A stretch of 64,000 nt of DNA from positions 3,488,001 to 3,552,000 of the forward strand of contig OZ220691.1 in assembly GCA_965116475.1 (NCBI GenBank), written 5' to 3'. A program made the translations under genes and the position numbers. Below the pieces are notes generated by a model. It was not told where the DNA came from. It saw only the letters and a list, made by a program, of their open reading frames with translations, and made no database searches. Shown piece by piece: positions 1 to 9,511 of this stretch. Position 1 is the first letter of the stretch. Every line of letters starts with the position of its first letter. This stretch comes from Gemmatimonadota bacterium. GTDB taxonomy: Bacteria; Gemmatimonadota; Gemmatimonadetes; Palauibacterales; Palauibacteraceae.

Positions 1-984
1 ATCGCCTTCCTCGGTTTCGGTGTCTGGGTCCACCACATGTTCTCGGTCGGACTCGGGCCGGTGGTGAACGCGGTCTTCGGCGGGGCGACGATGCTCATCG
101 CGATTCCCACCGGGATCAAGATCTTCAACTGGATCGCGACGATGTGGGGGGGTCGTCTACGCTTCCGGACGGCGATGCTGTTCGCGATCGGACTCGTGGC
201 GACGTTCACGATCGGCGGCCTGAGCGGCGTCATGCACAGTTCGCCGCCCGCGGACCTGCAGCAGACGGACACGTACTTCGTGGTGGCGCACTTCCACTAC
301 GTGCTCATCGGCGGGACCGTGTTCGGCCTCTTCTGCGGCTTCTACTACTGGTTCCCGAAGGCGACGGGGCGGATGCTGCACGAGGGGCTGGGGAAGGCCC
401 ACTTCTGGCTCTCCTTCCTCGCGCTGAACGTGACCTTCTTCCCGATGCACTTCTCGGGACTCCTGGGGATGCCGCGGCGTACCTACACCTACGCGGAGGG
501 GCTGGGCCTGGACGTGTTCAACCTGATCTCGACCATCGGGGCCTTCATCTTCACGCTTTCCTTCGTGCCGCTGGTCTGGAACCTGTGGCGCACGTGGCGG
601 CGCGGAGAGGCGGCCGGACACAATCCGTGGGACGCGTCGACGCTCGAATGGACGATGGCCTCGCCGCCGCCGCACTACAACTTCGCGGAGATCCCGGCCG
701 TCGACCGGCGGGACCCGCTCTGGCATCCCTACATCGAGCCGGAAGCGCGCCGCGAGGGGGATGAGCCCGGGGGCGCGGTGCCGCGGCGGCAGCCGGAGGA
801 GCCGCCGGAGCCCGTGGTCATGCCGAATCCGTCGTACTGGCCGCTCGTGCTCGCCGTGGGGCTGCTCCTCATGACGATCGGCGGGCTCGGGTCGCTGGGG
901 CTGACGCTCTTCGGCCTGCTCGTGACGGCGGTGGGGCTCTTCGCGTGGGCCTTCGAGCCCCCGTTCGGCGAGGAGGCGCACTGA
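1..984 (+). CDS. ctaD: cytochrome c oxidase subunit I, C-terminal part (5' truncated by window)
   Basis: WVHHMF at the window start, VVAHFHYV heme ligands, GMPRR and NPW..TLEW motifs. Confidence 0.95.
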   Translation: MAFLGFGVWVHHMFSVGLGPVVNAVFGGATMLIAIPTGIKIFNWIATMWGGRLRFRTAMLFAIGLVATFTIGGLSGVMHSSPPADLQQTDTYFVVAHFHYVLIGGTVFGLFCGFYYWFPKATGRMLHEGLGKAHFWLSFLALNVTFFPMHFSGLLGMPRRTYTYAEGLGLDVFNLISTIGAFIFTLSFVPLVWNLWRTWRRGEAAGHNPWDASTLEWTMASPPPHYNFAEIPAVDRRDPLWHPYIEPEARREGDEPGGAVPRRQPEEPPEPVVMPNPSYWPLVLAVGLLLMTIGGLGSLGLTLFGLLVTAVGLFAWAFEPPFGEEAH

Positions 985-1553
985 TGGAGGGGCCGACCTC
1001 GACGGGCATCCCGAACCGCAAGCTCGCGATGTGGACCTTCATCGGGTCCGAGTGCATGCTCTTCGGCACCCTCATCGCCACGTACATGATCTATCGCGGG
1101 CGGAACCTCGTGCCGCCCTATCCGCACGACCTCCTGAACATCCCGTTCATCACGGTCACGACCTTCGTGCTCCTGATGAGCAGCCTCATGATGGTGCTCG
1201 CGCTCGCGGCGGTGCAGAGGAACGACCTGCGGGCGACGAAGCTGTGGCTCGGCCTGACAGCACTGTTCGGCCTCATCTTCCTCGGCGGGCAGTACTACGA
1301 GTTCAACCACTTCGTCCACGAGGGGCTGCCGCTGTCGAGGAACCTGTTCTCGTCGACCTTCTTCGTCCTCACGGGAACCCACGGCGCTCACGTCGCCGGC
1401 GGCGTGATCTGGCTGAGCACGCTCCTCGTGAGGACGGTGCAGGGGAAGCTCGACGCCCGCCATGCGGAGACGGTGGAGATCGCCGGTCTCTACTGGCACT
1501 TCGTCGACGTCGTGTGGATTATCCTCTTCACCCTCATCTACCTGCTGGTGTGA
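984..1553 (+). CDS. ctaE: cytochrome c oxidase subunit III
   Basis: MWTFIGSE, TGTHGAHV, GLYWHFVDVVW; ATG overlaps the ctaD stop (TGATG). Confidence 0.93.
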   Translation: MEGPTSTGIPNRKLAMWTFIGSECMLFGTLIATYMIYRGRNLVPPYPHDLLNIPFITVTTFVLLMSSLMMVLALAAVQRNDLRATKLWLGLTALFGLIFLGGQYYEFNHFVHEGLPLSRNLFSSTFFVLTGTHGAHVAGGVIWLSTLLVRTVQGKLDARHAETVEIAGLYWHFVDVVWIILFTLIYLLV

Positions 1554-1560
1554 GGCACCC

Positions 1561-1854
1561 GTGAGCCACTCCGCCGAATCGCACCCGAGCACGCGCCTCT
1601 ACGTCGCCGTCGCGGTGATCCTCGCCGCGCTGACGGCGCTCGAGGTGATGGTGTTCTACATCGAGGCGCTCGCGCCCGTGCTCATCCCGATCCTGCTCGT
1701 GATGATGGCGGCGAAATTCGCGCTCGTCGCGATGTTCTTCATGCACCTGAAGTCCGATGGCCCGGTCCTCACCGCCATCTTCGCCTGGGGGGTGTTCATC
1801 GCCACCGCCATCGTCGTCGGGCTGATGGCGATCTTCGGGAAGTTCGGCGCCTGA
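1561..1854 (+). CDS. cytochrome c oxidase subunit IV family protein
   Basis: Small 3-TM protein with KFALVAMFFMHLK after ctaE; GTG start inferred. Confidence 0.85.
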   Translation: MSHSAESHPSTRLYVAVAVILAALTALEVMVFYIEALAPVLIPILLVMMAAKFALVAMFFMHLKSDGPVLTAIFAWGVFIATAIVVGLMAIFGKFGA

Positions 1855-1890
1855 CGACGAACCTGCTGTAGGGCGCCGGGTGCCGGGCCG

Positions 1891-2694
1891 TCAGCGGGCC
1901 GGGGTCGCGGAAAGGGCGTAGAGGAAGAGGTTCACGCCCATCCGCATCGCGGACTCCCGTACCTCGGGCGCGTCCCCGTGCACGCCCTCGTCCTCCCAGC
2001 CGTCCCCCAGGTCGGATTCGAAGCTGTAGTAGACCGCGAGGCGGCCATCGAGGAAGATGCCGAACCCCTGTGCGGGATTCCCGTCGTGCTCGTGGATCTT
2101 GGGCAGTCCGTCGGACATCTCGTAGAAGATCCGGTAGATGCTGTGCTCGAGCGGGACTTCGGCGAGGGGCAGGTCCGGGAAGAGGCGGGCGATCTCGCGG
2201 CGAAAGGACTCGTCGAGGCCGTAGTTGTCGTCCACGTGCAGGAAGCCGCCGCCGTACAGGTAGGCGCGCAGGCGTTCGACCTCGAGCGCGGTGAAGGACA
2301 TGTTGCCGTGTCCCGTCGCGTACAGGTACGGATGGTCGGCGAGGTCGGGATCCGCGGCGCCCACTTCCGCCGGCCGGTCGGCCACCGGAATCCCGGTTCG
2401 GAGCCGGATCTGCTCGAGGAGGTTGTCGAGGCTCGAGGGATTCGCGTACCAGTCGCCCCCGCCGTCGTAGCGCAGGCGCGCGATCGTCGGCGGCTCCGTC
2501 CCCCCCGCGTCGCCCGGCGGCTGGCCGGCAAGGCTCGGGCAGGACCCGAGCGCGGCCAGCGCGGCGGCGGCGACGGCGACGAAACCGATCACCATCTGCG
2601 GCGCGCGGTCGCCGCGGCGCTGCGTGGCGCGGCAGTGCGGACAGGTCCGCGTCGCGTCCGGTACGCTGCACTTGCAGCGTCGGCAGGGCTTCAT
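1891..2694 (-). CDS. DUF4159-family protein, possibly with an N-terminal zinc ribbon and TM segment
   Basis: IARLRYDGGGDWYANPSSL, GGFLHVDDNYG, DLGDGWED, MGVNL motifs. Confidence 0.8.
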   Translation of the reverse strand: MKPCRRCKCSVPDATRTCPHCRATQRRGDRAPQMVIGFVAVAAAALAALGSCPSLAGQPPGDAGGTEPPTIARLRYDGGGDWYANPSSLDNLLEQIRLRTGIPVADRPAEVGAADPDLADHPYLYATGHGNMSFTALEVERLRAYLYGGGFLHVDDNYGLDESFRREIARLFPDLPLAEVPLEHSIYRIFYEMSDGLPKIHEHDGNPAQGFGIFLDGRLAVYYSFESDLGDGWEDEGVHGDAPEVRESAMRMGVNLFLYALSATPAR

Positions 2695-2900
2695 TTGCCT
2701 GGGTTCATCGTGGCGCCTCGATCGCGTGGCGCGGCGCCCTGGCCGCGCCGTGTCCCACCCCGTCTTCCCGTCCGCCCGGCCCCGGGCGCGGATCGGCGAT
2801 GGGCAGGTAGATTATCGGTTCGCGCGCCCCGGGGCGAAGGCTTAGGATGTGCCGCGCGACGGGCCGCTTTCCGGCCTGCCGGACCACGAGGACCTGGACG

Positions 2901-4040
2901 ATGCGTCGATACTCGGCCTACGACCCCCCTGAGTACGTCTCCTGGCAGCCGGACCCCGAACTCCTCGAGGAGTACAGGTCGCGCATCCGGGCGGACGATG
3001 CCCGCGCGCGCGAAATCGCCGCGTTGCCTCCCGGCGCGCACATCGAGCTGTATCGCGGGCTCCTCCGCTTCCGCCTCAGCGACATCGCCCTCACGAGGTG
3101 GGTGAAGCAGGGCGTGATCTCGAAGGCGTGGCTCGCGACCGGCGAGGAAGCGGTGACCGTTGGGGCCGTGAACGCGCTCGACCGCCGCGGCGCCGACGGG
3201 GACATCGTGGGGCCCATGATCCGCAACCAGGGCGCGAACCACGAGATGGGCATGCCGATGGCGGAGGTCTTCCGCACCTACCTCGGGACGGCGGACGCCC
3301 CGGCGGAAGGACGGGACCTGCACCTCGGAGACCTGCGCTACGGCGTGTGTCCGCCCATCAGCATGGTCGCGACGCTGTCGACGGTCATGAACGGGTTCGC
3401 TCTCGCGTTCCGGATCCGCGGAGAGTCGCGGGTGGCGCTGACCTGGGTCGGGGACGGCGCAACGAAGCATGGCGAGGCGCACGAGGCGTTCGCCTTCGCG
3501 GCATCGCTCAGCCTGCCGATCGTCTTCATCATCCAGAACAACCAGGTGGCGCTGGGGACCCGGCTGGACCAGCACCACGTGCCGCCCGACTTCTCGGACT
3601 GGGGCGCGGCGTACGGGATTCCCTCCGAATCGGTGGATGGGAACCACGTGCTCGAGGTCTATGCGGCGACGCGGGTGGCCGCCGAGCGCTGCCGGCGGGG
3701 GGAGGGGCCGCAACTCATCGAGGCGCGCACCTTCCGCATGGGAGGGCACGCGACGCACGACGTGCGCGAGGCCCGGGCCACCTTCTCCGGCGAATTGTTC
3801 CGGTACTGGGGCCGGCGCGATCCCATCGGGCTCTATGAGGAATACCTGGCGGGGATCGATCTCGGAGTCGCCGGCGCCGGCAACTTGCGAGAGCGGAACC
3901 TCCGGAAGCTCGCATTGGTGGAGCGTGAAGTGGAGACGGAGATCGAGCAGGCGGCGGACGAGGCGCTGGCGAGCCGCGAGACGGCCGTGCCCCGCGGCGA
4001 GACGGTGACGCGCGGCGTGTACGGCGGGGGGGCGGCGTGA
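2901..4040 (+). CDS. TPP-dependent 2-oxoacid dehydrogenase E1 alpha-like subunit
   Basis: GDGAT...NNQ TPP motif, VDGN, TFRMGGHATHD, RDPI. Confidence 0.88.
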   Translation: MRRYSAYDPPEYVSWQPDPELLEEYRSRIRADDARAREIAALPPGAHIELYRGLLRFRLSDIALTRWVKQGVISKAWLATGEEAVTVGAVNALDRRGADGDIVGPMIRNQGANHEMGMPMAEVFRTYLGTADAPAEGRDLHLGDLRYGVCPPISMVATLSTVMNGFALAFRIRGESRVALTWVGDGATKHGEAHEAFAFAASLSLPIVFIIQNNQVALGTRLDQHHVPPDFSDWGAAYGIPSESVDGNHVLEVYAATRVAAERCRRGEGPQLIEARTFRMGGHATHDVREARATFSGELFRYWGRRDPIGLYEEYLAGIDLGVAGAGNLRERNLRKLALVEREVETEIEQAADEALASRETAVPRGETVTRGVYGGGAA

Positions 4041-4495
4041 CGGGCGGCGGCGCCCGCCCGCGGCGGTCGGGCCGGGTCGACGGCGCCACGTGGACGCTGT
4101 ACGACGCCGGCCGGGCGCCGTCCGGCCTCGGGCTCGGCTACTTCGTTTGCGACGACCCGGAGGTGGCGGACCGGCGGGCGGCGCTTCCCGCGGGGCTGGT
4201 CCTCGCGGATCTCGACGACGACGCCTTTCGCGCGTTGTGGGAGGCGGGACGACCGCTCACGGGGACCGAGCGCCGGGTCATCGACGGCAGCGGAGCGATC
4301 TGGCTTGCCCAGGGCCGGGGGCCGGTCTGGGCCGAGGGAGGGAGCGCGGCGGGTACCGTGGGCCTTCGCGTCCGCTGCATCAGCGCCGACCGCCCCGTGC
4401 TGGAGTTGAACGGCGCCTCGCTCTCCGGGATGTCGGACGCGGAACTGATCGCGCGGGTCGGCCCGCCTGAAGGAGTCGCGCCATCCTCCGATTGA
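4037..4495 (+). CDS. hypothetical protein
   Basis: ORF overlapping both neighbours by 4 nt. Confidence 0.6.
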   Translation: MTGGGARPRRSGRVDGATWTLYDAGRAPSGLGLGYFVCDDPEVADRRAALPAGLVLADLDDDAFRALWEAGRPLTGTERRVIDGSGAIWLAQGRGPVWAEGGSAAGTVGLRVRCISADRPVLELNGASLSGMSDAELIARVGPPEGVAPSSD

Positions 4496-5421
4496 CATTT
4501 CTCGGAACGGCTTCCTCGCGGCCGACGGTGTCGCGGAACGTTTCGTCGCTCGCGCTGAAGCGCGAGGGGCGGTTGTTTCTCCTCGACTGCGGCGAGGGGA
4601 CGCAGCGGCAGATGATGCGCTACGGGGTGGGCTTTTCCATCGGAGACATCCTCGTCACGCACCTCCACTCCGACCACTACCTCGGGCTCGCGGGCCTGCT
4701 CCGCACGATGAGCCTCCAGGGGCGCGAGGAGCCGCTGCGGATCTGGGCGCCGGGCGGCGCGGGCGAGACGCTCCGCGCGCTCCGGGATCTGGGCGGGGAC
4801 CGACTGGCGTTCGACGCGACCGTGCACGAACTGCGGGCGGGCGAGGCGGTGGAAGGGGAGGGCTTTCGCGTCGAGGCGTTCGCGACCGAGCACACGCGGC
4901 GCTCGCTCGGATTCGCCCTCATCGAGGATGCGCGCCCCGGGAGGTTCGACGTGGCGGCGGCCCGAAAACTGGGCGTCCCGGAAGGCCCGCTCTTCGGGCG
5001 ACTGCATCGCGGCGAGAGCGTGGACCTCGAGGACGGCCGGCGCATCCGCCCCGGGGACCTCGTGGGTCCTCCGCGGGCGGGCAGAAGGGTCGTGTACACC
5101 GGGGATACGCGTCCCTCTCCGGAAACGGTCCGGATCTCGCGCGACGCCGACCTCCTCGTGCACGAGGCGACCTTCACGGAGGAGGAACGAAATCGGGCGC
5201 GGGAGACCGGCCACTCCACGGCCGCCGACGCGGCCGGGGTCGCCCGCGAGGCGGGTGTGCGGCGGCTCGTGCTGACGCACGTCAGCGCCCGCTACGCCGA
5301 GCGGCCGGCGCAACTGCTCGAGGAGGCGCGTGCCGTCTTTCCGCGGGCGGAACTCGCGCGCGACGGCTGGTCCACCGAGATCTCCTTCGATGACGCGGAC
5401 CCGGGAGATCCGGACCCTTGA
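4492..5421 (+). CDS. rnz: ribonuclease Z
   Basis: FLGT, DCGEGTQRQ, THLHSDH, GP-rich exosite, YTGDT, HEATF, LTHVSARY. Confidence 0.95.
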   Translation: MTFLGTASSRPTVSRNVSSLALKREGRLFLLDCGEGTQRQMMRYGVGFSIGDILVTHLHSDHYLGLAGLLRTMSLQGREEPLRIWAPGGAGETLRALRDLGGDRLAFDATVHELRAGEAVEGEGFRVEAFATEHTRRSLGFALIEDARPGRFDVAAARKLGVPEGPLFGRLHRGESVDLEDGRRIRPGDLVGPPRAGRRVVYTGDTRPSPETVRISRDADLLVHEATFTEEERNRARETGHSTAADAAGVAREAGVRRLVLTHVSARYAERPAQLLEEARAVFPRAELARDGWSTEISFDDADPGDPDP

Positions 5422-7424
5422 TCCGCGTGCGCGTACCCGGGGACAAGTCGATCTCCCACCGGGCCGCGCTCATCGCGCCGCTCGCCTCGTCGGCGTCCGT
5501 CGTGCGCGGCCTTTCGGACGGCGCCGACGTGCGGGCCAGCGTGCGGGCGATGCAGCGACTCGGCGCGGCCGTCGAGTGCGAGGAGGGGGAGCGCGGCCTC
5601 ACGATTCGCTGCGAGGGTGGCGGACTCGACATCGCGTCGGCTCCGCGGCTCGACTGCGGGAACAGCGGGACGACGGCGCGCCTGCTCGCCGGGATCCTGG
5701 CCGGTACCGGCAGCGCCGCGGTCCTCGATGGCGATCCATCGCTTCGCGGCCGCCCCATGCGCCGCGTCATCTATCCGCTGCAGGCCATGGGAGCGCGGAT
5801 CGAGTACGATGGGGAGCCGGAACGGCTTCCCGTGCGGTTCCGCGGGCGCGCCACCGGGACCTTGCGGACGCTGCGCCACCGCGCGCGCGTGGCCAGCGCC
5901 CAGGTCAAGTCGGCCGTGCTCCTGGCCGGCGTGCTGGCCCGCGTGCGGGTCGAAGTCAGCGAGCCCGCCCTTTCCCGGGACCACACCGAGCGCCTGCTGG
6001 CCGAGATGGGTGTGCCGGTCGCATTCGATCCCGCGCGGACCGGGGAGGGGGAGGTGAGCTTCGACCCAACCGGCTGGGACGGTCGGATCGAGGGTCTCCG
6101 CATGACCGTGCCCGGCGACCCTTCCTCGGCCGCCTTCCTGATCGGGGCCTCACTCCTCGGCGGCCGGGCCGTCAGGGTGGAAGCCGTGGCGGCCAACCCC
6201 GGGCGCAGCGGTTTCCTCTCCGTGCTCGAGGAAATGGGGGTCCGGGTGGACCGGGAGTCCGCGGCGGCCCAGGCGGGGGAACCGCTGGAGACGTGGACCG
6301 TCCATCCTCCGGGCGACCTGCGGGCGTTCTCGATCGGCGGAGGCCTGATTCCGCGCGTGATCGATGAGATACCCCTTCTCGCCGTCCTTGCGGCCCGGGC
6401 GCGGGGCCGTTCCGAAATCCGGGATGCCGCCGAACTGCGCGTGAAGGAGAGCGACCGTCTCGCCGTACTGGCCCGGACGCTCGAGGCACTCGGGGTCGTT
6501 GCGGAGGAGAAGCCCGACGGTCTCGTGATCGAGGGCCGTGCCGGGCGGTTGCACGGCGAGGTCGAGACGCGCGGCGACCACCGGATCGCCATGGCGTTCG
6601 GGGTGCTCGATGCGGCGGGGGATGCCGACCTGCGGATTGACGACCGCGCCTGCGCGGACGTTTCGTTTCCGGGTTTCTGGGAGGCGATCGAGCCCTTCGC
6701 CCGCGGGTCCCGCCGCCCGCGATCTTCACGGACGGGACGAGTGATCGCGGTCGACGGCCCCGCCGCTTCCGGCAAGAGCAGCACGGCCCTGAGCGTGGCC
6801 CGCCGCCTCGGCTTCGTGCACGTGAACTCCGGACTGCTTTACCGGGCGATCACCTGGTGGGCCTTCGACCGGGGGATCGCCGGGGACGGCCCGTCGATCG
6901 AGGCCGCCGTTCCCGGGCTGGGCATCGATCTCGTCCCCGCGCGCGGTGGATTCGATGGATTGGATGGATGGGATGGATTCGACGTAGCCGTGGAGGGGAT
7001 CCGGCCCGGCCCGCGCCTCGAATCGCCCGAAGTGACGGCGCGGGTGTCCGCCGTCTCCACTCTTCCGGCCGTTCGGGAGGTCGTGCTGGAGCGGCTGCGC
7101 CGGGCGGGCCGCCGGTACGAAATCGTCTGCGACGGACGCGACATCGGCACGGCCGTCTTCCCCGGCGCGGATCTGAAGATCTTCCTCGTGGCGGAAGCCG
7201 GCGAGCGAGCCCGCCGGCGACTGCGCCAGCGCGCCGTTCCCTTCACGGACGACGATGTCGAGCGCGAAACCCGGTGTCTCGGGGCGCGCGACGAGCTGGA
7301 CCGATCGCGTTTGCTGTCTCCGCTGCGGCGCGCTCCCGACGCCATCGAGATCGATACGACGTCGATGTCGCCGGACGAGGTCGTGGAAGCGATCATCGAG
7401 CTTGCGGCCGCCGCTTTCCGTTGA
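5418..7424 (+). CDS. aroA-cmk: EPSP synthase fused to cytidylate kinase
   Basis: PGDKSISHR, GNSGTT, SAQVKSA, RVKESDR, DHRIAMA; then IAVDGPAASGKSS and DGRDIGT. Confidence 0.93.
   Translation: MIRVRVPGDKSISHRAALIAPLASSASVVRGLSDGADVRASVRAMQRLGAAVECEEGERGLTIRCEGGGLDIASAPRLDCGNSGTTARLLAGILAGTGSAAVLDGDPSLRGRPMRRVIYPLQAMGARIEYDGEPERLPVRFRGRATGTLRTLRHRARVASAQVKSAVLLAGVLARVRVEVSEPALSRDHTERLLAEMGVPVAFDPARTGEGEVSFDPTGWDGRIEGLRMTVPGDPSSAAFLIGASLLGGRAVRVEAVAANPGRSGFLSVLEEMGVRVDRESAAAQAGEPLETWTVHPPGDLRAFSIGGGLIPRVIDEIPLLAVLAARARGRSEIRDAAELRVKESDRLAVLARTLEALGVVAEEKPDGLVIEGRAGRLHGEVETRGDHRIAMAFGVLDAAGDADLRIDDRACADVSFPGFWEAIEPFARGSRRPRSSRTGRVIAVDGPAASGKSSTALSVARRLGFVHVNSGLLYRAITWWAFDRGIAGDGPSIEAAVPGLGIDLVPARGGFDGLDGWDGFDVAVEGIRPGPRLESPEVTARVSAVSTLPAVREVVLERLRRAGRRYEIVCDGRDIGTAVFPGADLKIFLVAEAGERARRRLRQRAVPFTDDDVERETRCLGARDELDRSRLLSPLRRAPDAIEIDTTSMSPDEVVEAIIELAAAAFR
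6948..6983 (+). repeat. 4 x 9-bp degenerate in-frame tandem repeat in the Cmk domain
   Basis: ggattcgat ggattggat ggatgggat ggattcgac, encoding GFD-GLD-GWD-GFD. Confidence 0.8.
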
Positions 7425-7449
7425 CGCTTTTGCGGCCTGAATCTAAGTT
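7421..7449 (+). promoter_or_regulatory. putative sigma70 promoter of rpsA
   Basis: TTGACG - 17 nt - TAAGTT in an AT-richer stretch ahead of the rpsA leader. Confidence 0.55.
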
Positions 7450-7633
7450 AGCTTACTGTTCGAGGATCGGTGGCGGAAAAAGTGGCGCTCCGCCCCGCAT
7501 CCTGTGGAGACTCGACACCAGGGGATCGGCCGGCGGCTGGGCGGAGGTGGTGAAGCTCGGTTGAGGTCGATTCTTTTTTGCCACGAGGCCCGGCGAGGCG
7601 CACGGTTGGCCCCGCGCGGGAACTTGATTCCCT

Positions 7634-9511
7634 ATGCCCGACGACACGAACCCTCAGACCGACGTCCCCGAGACGGATCTCCCCGAAACGACGGATGCGT
7701 CGACGGAAGTCGACGACGCCGCTTCGGAAGACGCGGAAGTCGGCGTCGCGACACCGGCGGCCTTCGAGCCAACGGCCATCGATCTCGATCTCGACGCCGA
7801 TCCCCGGGACGACTCGCAGCACGATCAGGCGGAGTACGCCGAACTCTACGCGCTCTACGAGGACACGCTCAGCCGCATCACGGAAGGCGAGATCGTCTCC
7901 GCGCAGGTCATCGGCAAGACCGAGACGGATATCATCCTCGACGTCGGTTTCAAGTCCGAAGGAGCCGTCCCGCTCGAAGAATTCTCGGATCCGGACGAAG
8001 TTCAGCCGGGCGACTCCGTCGATGTCCTCCTCGAGAGCCTCGAGGATGAGGAAGGCGTCGTCGTCCTGTCGAAGAAGAAGGCGGACTTCCTCCGCGTCTG
8101 GGAGAAGATCAAGGACGCGTTCGACAACAACCGTCCCGTGCCGGGCCGCATCAAGCGGAAGATCAAGGGCGGCGTGACAGTCGACCTCATGGGGGTCGAC
8201 GCTTTCCTCCCCGGGTCCCAGATCGCGCTTCGCCGCGTGCCGAACGTCGACGATCTTCTGGGCGACGAGTACGACTTCAAGATCCTCAAGCTCAACAAGC
8301 GCCGCCGGAACATCGTGGTGAGCCGTCGCGTCCTGCTCGAGGAGGAGAGGGCGGGGAAGCGCGAGGAACTCAAGAAGGAGCTGTCGGTGGGCGACGTGCG
8401 CTCCGGAGTCGTCAAGAACATTACGGACTTCGGCGCCTTCATCGACCTGGGCGGCATGGACGGCCTCCTCCACATCACCGACATGTCCTGGGGGCGCATC
8501 GGTCATCCCTCGGAAGTCTGCGACATCGGCCAGTCGCTCGAGATCAAGATCCTCGACATCGACTGGGACCGGGAGAGAATCTCGCTCGGCCTCAAGCAAC
8601 TCCAGGAGTACCCCTGGAAGAACGTGGCCGAGAAATACCCGGTCGGGATACGCGTGCTGGGCCGGGTCGTCTCGATCACGAACTACGGCGCCTTCATCGA
8701 ACTCGAGCGCGGGATCGAGGGTCTCGTCCACATCTCCGAGATGTCGTGGACCCGCAACGTTCGCCATCCATCGCAACTGGTCGGCATCAACGACAAGGTC
8801 GAATGCGTCGTGCTGCGCGTCGATGAGGAGGCGCAGAAGATCTCGCTCGGGATGAAGCAGGTGGAGGAGGACCCGTGGCTGGCGCTCCCGGCGCAGTATC
8901 CGCCCGGGACGAAGATCCGCGGCCTCGTCCGCAACCTCACGTCCTTCGGCGCCTTCGTGGAGGTCGAGGCGGGCATCGACGGCCTCGTCCATATCTCCGA
9001 CATGAGCTGGACGCGGCGGGTGCAGCATCCGGCGGAGGTGCTTCGCAAGGGGGAGGAGGTCGATGTCGTCGTACTCTCGATCGACCCCGACCAGAAGCGG
9101 ATCTCCCTGGGTTTGAAGCAGGTGCAGGAAGATCCGTGGTACCAGCTCGCGCAGGCCTACCAGCCGGGACGGGAAGTGGCGGGTTCGATCACGCGGCTGC
9201 TCGAGAAGGGCGTCGTCGTGGACCTCGGGAGCGATCTCGAAGGCTTCGTGCCGATCTCGCAGCTCGGCGTGGAGTCCCCGGCCTCCGAGCCCGCCGACCA
9301 CTTCGACGAGGGGCATCAGTTGGAGCTGCGCGTACTCGAGACGGATCCGATCAACCGCCGCATCGTGCTCGCCGTCGTGGACGCCCCCGATGTCCCGTAC
9401 GACGCCGAGGAAGTAGAGTACGAGAATATGGCGGCGTCGAAGTCCGGCTCCGCGGCGGATGACACGGACGAGGGGGGGCAGTCCGATTCCGGTGGTGAGG
9501 CGGGGGAGTAG
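7634..9511 (+). CDS. rpsA: 30S ribosomal protein S1
   Basis: Repeated S1 domains (GAFIDLGGMDGLLHITDMSW, GLVHISEMSW); acidic termini. Confidence 0.97.
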   Translation: MPDDTNPQTDVPETDLPETTDASTEVDDAASEDAEVGVATPAAFEPTAIDLDLDADPRDDSQHDQAEYAELYALYEDTLSRITEGEIVSAQVIGKTETDIILDVGFKSEGAVPLEEFSDPDEVQPGDSVDVLLESLEDEEGVVVLSKKKADFLRVWEKIKDAFDNNRPVPGRIKRKIKGGVTVDLMGVDAFLPGSQIALRRVPNVDDLLGDEYDFKILKLNKRRRNIVVSRRVLLEEERAGKREELKKELSVGDVRSGVVKNITDFGAFIDLGGMDGLLHITDMSWGRIGHPSEVCDIGQSLEIKILDIDWDRERISLGLKQLQEYPWKNVAEKYPVGIRVLGRVVSITNYGAFIELERGIEGLVHISEMSWTRNVRHPSQLVGINDKVECVVLRVDEEAQKISLGMKQVEEDPWLALPAQYPPGTKIRGLVRNLTSFGAFVEVEAGIDGLVHISDMSWTRRVQHPAEVLRKGEEVDVVVLSIDPDQKRISLGLKQVQEDPWYQLAQAYQPGREVAGSITRLLEKGVVVDLGSDLEGFVPISQLGVESPASEPADHFDEGHQLELRVLETDPINRRIVLAVVDAPDVPYDAEEVEYENMAASKSGSAADDTDEGGQSDSGGEAGE

